Below are positions 38,201 to 42,573 of a stretch of 42,573 nucleotides of DNA, piece after piece. The translations under genes and the position numbers were made by a program. The first letter of the stretch is position 1, and the number at the start of each line of letters is the position of its first letter. Origin of the DNA: a virus (lineage: Duplodnaviria > Caudoviricetes); the IMG/VR virus record IMGVR_UViG_3300044724_011122, positions 1-42,573 of that record. One strand, 5' to 3'. The notes under the pieces are model-generated. The model worked only from the letters and a program-made list of their open reading frames with translations. It did no database searches and was not told the origin of the DNA.

Positions 38201-40288
38201 AACTTTTCCGTCGTCCATCAAAAAGAAAGTTCTAGATGGTATTACAGAGAATTCATTATGGCGCCTCGGGGTACATACATCTATAACATTTTTCAAAGGA
38301 GCGCCCAATTCATCGAGCATTAATTGCCAGCCATCATTTTTTTCTCTTAACCCGTTAGCAAGCTGACCGAAATCATTATTTCCAGTGCTGTAAACATAGC
38401 TATCTGATCCGATAGATTTAGCTAGTATGATGTTATTTTCAAGTTTAAGAGAGTAACCGTCTACATAAGGGTAGCTCCACTTACCTAAAATTGGAGCACC
38501 GGGTATTCCAGGCCCGCTTCCGTCTGCTGTTCCGGTCGAAGCGGCAGGATCATCTCCTCCCGTATCACTTGTGTCGCCGGGGTCAGAGTCTCCAGTGCCA
38601 GAGTCTCCAGTGTCAGCCGATATAATACTAGGGTCCAGCTGTTTACTTGTTATAAAAGCATTTACATTAAATTTTTGCTCCTCTATAACTGCTCGTAATA
38701 TAACATCGTAGCCAGGCATAACAAAAGTGCTTTGTTGAGCTTGTTTATTAAAACCTTTAATAATGACATTGTTTACTATTTCCCATTTAATAAATTGATA
38801 TCCATCCGGCAAATCAACACCAATAGTAACATGTTCTCCGCCCTGTTGTGTGCCTCCGCCAAATGTGCTCCCATATTCACTAGTGATAAATAGGGTGGGT
38901 GTGGACACCTTATACTTAAAAGATAATTCGACCTTATAGTCAGGCATTATGAAGTATGTAGCCTCAGAGGTATCATTATCAAGGTGCAGATTTTTACTTT
39001 GCCATTTAGTGAAAACATATTCCCCTCCAGGTAAAATAGCTGAAATATCGACACGGGAGCCCGGTAAATGGTGCGCAATACTTTGTTGTTTTAAGCTAAC
39101 CCCATCTTTTATTGTGACAGAATAAAGAGAGGACTCAAAAATGGGAAGCACATGAACTTTCTGGCTCGGCATATTGAATTGAACAATTTGACTGTAAATA
39201 TTAACGGGGCTTGCTCCTTGAATTTCCCAGCGCGAAAACTTCATATCCTTATCGTTGGGTGTAGCGCTTAATACAACTAATTCATTATACTCATATTCTT
39301 CTTTAATTAGGCCTTCAACCTTACCCTCTGGAGAATCTTCTATAACTAGAGGGAATTTATTTGCTTCAAATTTTCCAAAAATAGTAACATTTTTGTCGGG
39401 TAAAATTTCAACAATAGATTCAGTATTTTTTTGATTTATATCTATGTCTCGGGAGCTCCATGATGTAAATTTGTAACCATTCTTAGGAGATGCGGTCAAT
39501 CTAACTTCATCGAAACCTTTGAATTGATTGTTTTTTAAATTTGTTGTTAAATCCCCTTTTGCTGTATCTAGGTTAATTAGTATTAAATTATTATACGGTC
39601 TTGAGGCTCTATCCTTTCCATAGATAGGGGTGATTTCCACCTCGTTAGATGGCATTAAAAAAGTAATAGTGTCTTGTGTTAATTGATCACTTGTGAGGTT
39701 TAACCCGGATGGTACTCCCCAGGACAAAAACTCTTTGCCCTCTGCGGGATTGGCTTGTAGTGTAACTGTGTCATCAGGGTAAAAACCTTTATATATAACA
39801 TTATTATTATTGGGCTGTATTTTCCTGCCATCGAAAGTTTCGTAGCCGTTAGAGGGGTCGGAGTTTAGTATAATATGGCGAAGACCCAAATTAAATGGAG
39901 TATCAATAATAAGAGGTGGAGAGTCATCCAGGTTAATGCAGTCAGTCTTGTCTTCGTTAAAACATATTATAGGCATCTCAAGCGAATGAATGGTCTTGTC
40001 GACACCATCAACTTTAATTACTTGATTTACATGGAAAACTAAGCCATGAACATAAGGAACAATATGCTGGTTACCTTCTTTATCGTATACGAGTTTATAA
40101 CCATCAGGAATAATTACATTCCTTTTATACTTTATGTCTATATTTGGCCCGTAATTTTTCCCATCATAAAACTCAAACCTGAAGTATTTAGCCCAGATCT
40201 GCTTGCCGTCAACCTTGAATATCCTGACTTCTTTGTCTTCAAAATCAACAGACCGAATGATAGAAAAATCTCGGTTGAAGTTTTTCAC
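29246..40288 (-). CDS. Giant adhesin-like protein (3680 aa): InlB-B/Ig-like repeats and several RCC1/BLIP-II-like propellers
   Basis: GTG start directly after the upstream stop; N-terminus paralogous to the 3452-aa protein. InlB-B-like repeats, G/D/T linkers, ITWDQDLS...SGL repeats, DRDGDGIPD and at least three RCC1 blade clusters. Confidence 0.85.
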   Translation of the reverse strand: MKNFNRDFSIIRSVDFEDKEVRIFKVDGKQIWAKYFRFEFYDGKNYGPNIDIKYKRNVIIPDGYKLVYDKEGNQHIVPYVHGLVFHVNQVIKVDGVDKTIHSLEMPIICFNEDKTDCINLDDSPPLIIDTPFNLGLRHIILNSDPSNGYETFDGRKIQPNNNNVIYKGFYPDDTVTLQANPAEGKEFLSWGVPSGLNLTSDQLTQDTITFLMPSNEVEITPIYGKDRASRPYNNLILINLDTAKGDLTTNLKNNQFKGFDEVRLTASPKNGYKFTSWSSRDIDINQKNTESIVEILPDKNVTIFGKFEANKFPLVIEDSPEGKVEGLIKEEYEYNELVVLSATPNDKDMKFSRWEIQGASPVNIYSQIVQFNMPSQKVHVLPIFESSLYSVTIKDGVSLKQQSIAHHLPGSRVDISAILPGGEYVFTKWQSKNLHLDNDTSEATYFIMPDYKVELSFKYKVSTPTLFITSEYGSTFGGGTQQGGEHVTIGVDLPDGYQFIKWEIVNNVIIKGFNKQAQQSTFVMPGYDVILRAVIEEQKFNVNAFITSKQLDPSIISADTGDSGTGDSDPGDTSDTGGDDPAASTGTADGSGPGIPGAPILGKWSYPYVDGYSLKLENNIILAKSIGSDSYVYSTGNNDFGQLANGLREKNDGWQLMLDELGAPLKNVIDVCTPRRHNEFSVIPSRTFFLMDDGKVMFSGKGFGSNPDLLYAKEIKNGNEEFKNVVAIGAGGTAAIFLRQDGAVWLFDNEGNLSQLQPGKLYNIIQFDVVEMDTGTSGNDNWEAIFLRSDKKIFTIKGQSGLPTGLTSSSVSQVSNSPLPLFCKSVAAGADHTIFLLNDKTVWGTGLVNNLGLGAAPHPVYQNQTINSVPLGIEDVSQVSAGYENTVLLKTDGTVSSFGRNFFGELGDGTNAAKYSPAEVKNTDGSSFGDVVGISAGGNHNLFLKSDETVWACGDNVFGQLGDGTTTNRSNPVQVLNGDGSELSGVVGISAGSRHSIFLKSDNTVWACGHNVFGQLGDGTTTTNRSNPVQVLNTDGSSFGDVVGISAGRNHNLFLKSDNTVWACGINASGVLGDGTTQTRSNPVQVLNTDGGSFGDVVGISGGNGHSVFLKSDGTVWACGHNVFGQLGLSPKGGSSLSPLQVTKDGSTLQDVALATAGSSADHTMFIQSDGSTFGVGHGVSGQLGSSELTLPGGEYFPGNTGNLVQVDYTPTSSSSSELYEINFALDSSTGLARQVYRGYEGAYHVLTTEGRLYGLGTQWKGSFFNPDNFTQGSTSPVPARYTNGDIVSGIKNAWSGRVRFYFQDKDDVLIVNSNTSGVSPEDLFYYKGDISSAYFTDYENEPKSILFTSGKIIQDYSSERVFYAGATRLTESSWSPSPLWYNVNAHKIFGNHWGDITAPEPAANFITKIHPFVIYNGNYFITLSFADRTTRLFRFGLDSAPFMNISNLNSIKFDSLGLSDVKSAKLFGAWETDFNCIIEGKFMYDSSTPIKGINKFVIIRNCILILLDDGSLLASGHFNHDVANKNIEIDYTVDKSVTPPSGPVEIFSAGEIEDISGTEFGPSDGAKYLPTRAVIKKQDQSLWYIGEVSQDLNAGNFNFLEQSSSFKKIFDNVKSFSGGGTQSIIFSTHDGIKYFYGNFDASDKFSLPKNSGIYTEADPGQPHLYKIRESITTLSGEVYTSLYEFNSLSASSGFWSRLWVVDAQGNLQYSGYDDESGKLSENYADALKDGFLLHDDQVLKVTASDVQVAYMKNNGNVFRSEIFEPSIRSTSFFYGDLIDGYFEKNLIALDVDDIQLVNTQGLENGHLFILKNGYLYYSSSAINPSETPPLLCHPDSYQQLMSMEDFEVIPYQAPDGDVIPWTGGRPTAGNGGTETGGGTGGDGEDIVVKWELKPKTEDEYITLEDIGGKIYGFKNRYLFRDDVDAFAEPSNDWKFSKWIVTYNNYSIDLLQDSISFAMPPYNLTLEAIFKEFYDSISWSQNPAGFKAGHIIKLTATSEFGLPITYSVSDPNKAIIGGENKDELLIMDIGELSLFATQPATSLLDEQTKELKLNVTKYFTNIININGVGAQYNLFKTVEGAPRGVISGDTSGGAKMNKEIKILIESMDAGSLFAGWSFELVDLEEWYGAPLPSLLTDVGVASFYDKQESDRVEVLNGEEAKYIIFKMPPYSCSINIDSEVSPVITWDQDLSNMSIDDIITLNATCDSGLEVEYLISSGEGSVVSFNSNTKELTALDLGTFTVVASQPGDADNLAAANVTINGAVRGSQVITWSQDLSSVLFSDSPLTLDASSDSGLTVFYELTDQTLGSISGNSLSLNGIEGTTDIKAYQPGDDVYSAAIDVIKSINIIDPANDRDGDGIPDTDDPYPNQSDDEITWDQDLSSISAGSDLLLNASSASGNSIKFELVTVGPTITDDGAGNYTFNSSEQGTFGIKAYTEETSDYKAVESTRYAEVVDGRADDSLASFELIDPTTGNSVPFSSTDNLMLYKAYQLNATMTSGLSSTYSIHTYSPSSATNPPSLLGDLISAHEDMDTVHIAIATAGDSTYKPFSVDIGATLFNFKLRSVSIDPSISGGTVVSSLDTFSSTPQTCTLTVSVNSGYELASITVNQSGSTINDPGSGTYTVTQANDTGYTFTTGEYNAIVTATFNFVGLPFPPIQSAGFAVDNSITLRLLTDGTVEGCGSTFDFPAPPDYYDEAKTQPIHGDYGAPVKVLSSGSAFDEDDVDFQNVKAIAGTNMLVNGSIAYLKNDNTLWFSGDTQAGSGWAAIGPTTGTGRTTYPVQMLIDVDEPITNVVGFDLGQYVSLALRNDGTVWGSGTGGGIGYGSLTTVHYFTQTLSSGSVAGGDAVPFEDVQMISAGRNGFFLKSDNSVWAAGRNAYGSLGVGQNQSFQALYPVRVLSSGDYSNEDEVYFSNDIVSVSAGEYHCILLKSDGTVWTFGRNSDGRLGVGDNTTRYYPTQVITEPGVPLTGISAVSAGRDYSVFLTNDGNVWAAGENNTGKLGTGSEIDASYASLVFSGPGAALENITAISAGLQTTLFLNDENSILGCGANYDKQLTDAYSDSKLLYVSHVYPYGGAQPEYSINNTTEFVYSIEGLHTNSGGSITSSISKGYEGDTVTLTVSAENRWSLTSVTAEDSDGTDVQLTNNNDGTWTFNIPNKNVTTKATFTEEGLYEPSITSGANGGAHIDYSTYGNYFYEGETLKIGILPNEGYQIDTFTVNDGSGNPIATTYTMNLHYSLNMPASEVSIDVTFKVIPAPTISDRLASGTDFNIVLKNNGTPFAAGNNTNYALSMGVENGPNSQGIWTPSACLLSGFASVNTDVPITDIVSINSGPNFTMFLKNNGTVMGVGANLQGQLGRGSTSTSEQYAAPVEFGTNGVLGNVTKISTGLSHVLFLESSGRVLGVGNNSNQQISLTTLDKLSTPLYITHSSSRPQYHTNIQGSDDYYYELEDAVDVAAGSSYSLYVKSDGSAWAQGSTYSGQLGLGYSGSGNIEYPVRVLESGGYSVGYSANYLSSFVVAAAAGESISYLLIDDGSVKAFGDNTYGALGNGGSGSSSNIPVDVMINSTDKLSNIIAIEAGNQHVLFLDSSNEVWSLGRNVWGELGNGNNTGTHASYATRVVDSSGNPLQGIVQIEAGVYNSLFLASDGTIYGCGHGGYGQYGDGTIGNTSISAIATGFSL
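36906..37533 (-). repeat. Array B: about 3.8 tandem near-identical 165/168-bp RCC1 units, a direct repeat of array A
   Basis: The ccgcaggccca anchor recurs at 36930, 37095, 37263 and 37428. Stretches of about 46 bp are identical to array A (37421-37466 = 19281-19326). Confidence 0.95.
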
Positions 40289-40627
40289 TTAGCCTTTGAT
40301 GTCTAATATTGTTCCTCCTGGAGATAGAGCGAAATCTGTGGTTGGGCTTGAGGTGCTAATTTGTACAACGAAACCATTTACGGAAACTTCAAACACATCT
40401 TCTTCGCTCCAAATATTTAAAGACTTGTCATCGTAATTATAATCATAGGTAGACCAGTACTTTATATTTTTGCGGATTGCCTTAAATAGGTCGTCGGCGG
40501 TGATTGTATGCGTGTTATCGTAAGTTTTGTCATTCTCGACATCTCGAGAGAAAACTACAATATCGCTACCTTCAAGCTCTTTCTTGATCCCAAGGTCACT
40601 AATTTTGCTTCTTCTGTATGAATCCAT
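40289..40627 (-). CDS. Small virion-type protein with a KISDL motif (112 aa)
   Basis: SKISDL......GSDIVVFSR...THTITADDL resembles motifs in the 168-aa and 369-aa proteins; preceded by GTGTAA. Confidence 0.7.
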   Translation of the reverse strand: MDSYRRSKISDLGIKKELEGSDIVVFSRDVENDKTYDNTHTITADDLFKAIRKNIKYWSTYDYNYDDKSLNIWSEEDVFEVSVNGFVVQISTSSPTTDFALSPGGTILDIKG

Positions 40628-40644
40628 TATGTAATGGATTACAC
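40628..40644 (-). promoter_or_regulatory. Putative phage late promoter element within an inverted repeat covering the start codon
   Basis: Minus strand reads GTGTAATCCATTACATA-ATG; inverted repeat AATCCATTA-CA-TAATGGATT. Confidence 0.65.
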
Positions 40645-40681
40645 TTTTTTAGCTGTATAAAGAAACCTTAGGGCTGTTTAA

Positions 40682-40816
40682 TTATTTTTTAGTTTTCACC
40701 AAAAAAATATTATGTTTTTTTAACTTATTAGACCGGTAAAATTTATTTTTTGCTTTTTGAAGGCTGTTTGAAAAATTAGGATCTTTAAATGTATCAAGGC
40801 TTGCTTTTTTCTTCAT
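40682..40816 (-). CDS. Small basic protein (44 aa), below the ORF-track cutoff
   Basis: MKKKASLDTFKDPNFSNSLQKAKNKFYRSNKLKKHNIFLVKTKK. The ATG is 1 nt after the upstream TAA and the ORF fills an otherwise empty gap. Confidence 0.5.
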   Translation of the reverse strand: MKKKASLDTFKDPNFSNSLQKAKNKFYRSNKLKKHNIFLVKTKK

Positions 40817-40817
40817 T

Positions 40818-41927
40818 TTATCTGGGTATTAGTTGAATGTCCACTGAGCCTACATTTATATCGGTAATAATTCTAGGTAAATCCGGCGGGGCAGTAATTG
40901 CATAAGTTACCGAATCCAGCTTGGTGGTGTTTTCAAGATCTACCCACTCGGAATTAGAGTAAGTGTAAACTTTGCCGTAGCTGTCAGTATCATTGCCAAG
41001 GAAGCACCATCCGACTGTAGTGTTTGTGCCCTCAAAGGTGGAGTCTACATAAATCATAGGTAAAGCCTTAGAGTCTGTCCAGAACCACGCCGACATTTTA
41101 TCACTCCATGTCCACCAATTAATGTAAGGACGACTGCTTGAGGTTGGGGCAATACCACCAATAAACTGCCAGTCTCCTAGCTCCGAACAAAAAACCCAGC
41201 ACGAAGAATTTTCTAGGTCAGTCACCGTTGTTGCAAAAGAAAAATTGCTAAATGAGTTATTTCTATTGTTGGATAGGTCAAAAGTGACGGATTCTCCAGA
41301 GCCAGTGTATCTAGCTGATTGAAAAATTGATGCCGGATAGTGGTCAATAGACGATACTACTCCCCCTGCATATTGGACTCTCTTCAACGGCAAGGTTAAT
41401 CTTCCGTTACTTACAGTGCCATCATCAGAAACATCTTGAAATGTTATGTGTTCATAATCAACCACATCTTCTATCCCCAATACAGCAAGTTTTTTAGTTT
41501 TAAAAACAGCATCTGGGTTAGTAGTTCCGTCAGGCAAAAAACAAGAGACACTTTCAAGGCTTGAATTGTAACACACATCAACCACCTGAAGGCCGGCCTG
41601 CAAGCCAGAGGAATCGGCACCAGCTATAATATAATTTTTTAAGTTGACTGCATTTAGGCCGGATGCATCAACTTTTTGCTCTACCCCATTAGTGACTACA
41701 TTTGGACCAGGCCGTGTAGCTATATCTGAATCATTAATCGGGGCATTGGCTGCCGAGGCTATTTCGGCTTTATGGTTATCATAAGATTCTATAACTTCTC
41801 TTATGTGAGCCTTCTTGGTGATTTCTCTTGCATTCGAGTTTGTCGCGACAAGAAGATAATCCTCAGGGTCGACTCGATCATCGATAAAACTTTCTAGCTC
41901 TCTAATTTTTTTTGTCTGGTTGGCCAT
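40818..41927 (-). CDS. Virion-type protein with an N-terminal KIREL motif and a Trp-rich C-terminal module (369 aa)
   Basis: TKKIREL...EDYLLVA...TKKAHI at the N-terminus; CWVFCSELGDW...WWTWSDKMSAWFWTDSKALPMIY...GWCFL...YTYSNSEW; preceded by GTGTAA. Confidence 0.7.
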   Translation of the reverse strand: MANQTKKIRELESFIDDRVDPEDYLLVATNSNAREITKKAHIREVIESYDNHKAEIASAANAPINDSDIATRPGPNVVTNGVEQKVDASGLNAVNLKNYIIAGADSSGLQAGLQVVDVCYNSSLESVSCFLPDGTTNPDAVFKTKKLAVLGIEDVVDYEHITFQDVSDDGTVSNGRLTLPLKRVQYAGGVVSSIDHYPASIFQSARYTGSGESVTFDLSNNRNNSFSNFSFATTVTDLENSSCWVFCSELGDWQFIGGIAPTSSSRPYINWWTWSDKMSAWFWTDSKALPMIYVDSTFEGTNTTVGWCFLGNDTDSYGKVYTYSNSEWVDLENTTKLDSVTYAITAPPDLPRIITDINVGSVDIQLIPR

Positions 41928-41942
41928 AAAATGTTATTACAC
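41928..41942 (-). promoter_or_regulatory. Putative phage late promoter element
   Basis: Minus strand reads GTGTAATAACATTTT-ATG, just downstream of a terminator, which implies independent initiation. Confidence 0.72.
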
Positions 41943-41974
41943 TTATATTATAAGTTATTGGTTTTCCTTTTTCA

Positions 41975-42000
41975 ATAAAAAAGCCCTCAAGTGAGGGCTT
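41975..42000 (-). terminator. Rho-independent terminator
   Basis: Minus strand AAGCCCTC-ACTT-GAGGGCTT followed by TTTTAT, 22 nt after the stop of the 105-aa gene. Confidence 0.85.
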
Positions 42001-42022
42001 AATTATATATAATTATAATATT

Positions 42023-42340
42023 TTAATTATTTTTAGCTTTTCCAAATCTAATATCGTCAATGTGACTCTCTAATTTAAAAATAACATTCTCCAAATATTG
42101 AAGCCTCATGTTTTGTTCAGCATCATCGGGTAGAGATCCAAGCTCTCCTCTTGGCCATTTGATACGAAACTCACTATTCATATCTATAGTGTGCTCCATT
42201 CTATCTAGCTCATTATCTAGTTCGGTGATTTGATTTTTGATTGTTACATACCCATATGTAAGTGTAGCAACAGCGGCTATAGTCTTCAACATAAATGTCA
42301 CATTTGCAGTGACTTGACTGTTTTCAGATATTACCCCCAT
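42023..42340 (-). CDS. Single-TM plus coiled-coil phage membrane protein (105 aa)
   Basis: Hydrophobic residues about 14-34, then a coiled coil and NSEFRIKWPRGELGSLPDDAEQ; function unknown. Confidence 0.75.
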   Translation of the reverse strand: MGVISENSQVTANVTFMLKTIAAVATLTYGYVTIKNQITELDNELDRMEHTIDMNSEFRIKWPRGELGSLPDDAEQNMRLQYLENVIFKLESHIDDIRFGKAKNN

Positions 42341-42342
42341 TA

Positions 42343-42573
42343 TTACTTTTTCTTTTTATGCCAGCCAGATTCAGATTTATTGTGAGTATAACCTTTTTTC
42401 TTGTAAGCTAAATGTTCTTCATAGGTTTTTGCCATATATTTTTTTCCGGTATTTGGGTCATACATAGCATGTGGCTTGAAGTCCTCATCTGATTCTGCCT
42501 TTGATTTATTTTTCTTTTTTTCTAAAATCGATTTCTTGATAGCATCAGGTAGTTTTTTTTGCTCATCTTTTAA
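42343..42573 (-). CDS. 3' part of a Lys-rich phage protein (5' end outside the window)
   Basis: Open frame ...LKDEQKKLPDAIKKSILEKK...FKPHAMYDPNTGKKYMAKTYEEHLAYKKKGYTH...HKKKK*, ending in TAATAATG and coupled to the next gene. Confidence 0.75.
   Translation of the reverse strand, partial: LKDEQKKLPDAIKKSILEKKKNKSKAESDEDFKPHAMYDPNTGKKYMAKTYEEHLAYKKKGYTHNKSESGWHKKKK

Noticed and set aside
38510-38620. Short direct repeat cagagtctccagtg x2 in a G/D/T/S-rich segment
   Set aside because: It is an ordinary low-complexity linker duplication.
13798-40306. Many 60-120 aa plus-strand and alternative-frame ORFs inside the giant genes
   Set aside because: They are antisense shadows of long coding frames with no motifs; those at 19 kb and 37 kb recur only because the DNA is repeated.
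41941-42020. AT-rich palindromes (acttata-t-tataagt; aattatatataatt) near the terminator
   Set aside because: Expected by chance in very AT-rich spacers; no second copy supports an operator.

Overview
A 42.6 kb, roughly 36-38% GC segment of a large tailed-phage (Caudoviricetes-like) genome, coded almost entirely on the minus strand. The left third (1-10.5 kb) is a head/packaging and transcription block. In minus-strand order it runs: phoH, TM-GAF protein, Zn-ribbon protein, phage sigma factor, HTH/coiled-coil protein (possible terminase small subunit), small hypothetical, SNase-like nuclease, C2H2-ERCC4 nuclease, terminase large subunit, portal, and a prohead protease-scaffold fusion that the ORF track missed. 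A three-gene plus-strand cassette follows (orphan MbcA/ParS/Xre-type antitoxin domain plus two fibre-like proteins). Next come 27.5 kb occupied by three giant adhesin-like proteins (2036, 3452, 3680 aa) built from RCC1/BLIP-II-like propellers, divergent InlB-B/Ig-like repeats, FG-GAP-like blades and DxDGDG motifs, and then several small virion-type genes. Two observations stand out. (1) Two GC-rich arrays of near-identical 165-bp RCC1 repeats lie about 18 kb apart in two different giant genes; they share derived alleles and vary mainly non-synonymously at a few loop codons, suggesting a repeat-shuffling receptor-diversification system. (2) A transcription cascade can be inferred from the DNA: a consensus-like sigma70 leaderless promoter precedes the operon with the phage sigma factor, and a recurring GTGTA(A) element sits 13-17 nt before the ATG of seven genes that lack SD sequences. 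No tRNA, rRNA, CRISPR array, integrase or reverse transcriptase was seen. Protein calls come from motif recognition by eye, not database searches.
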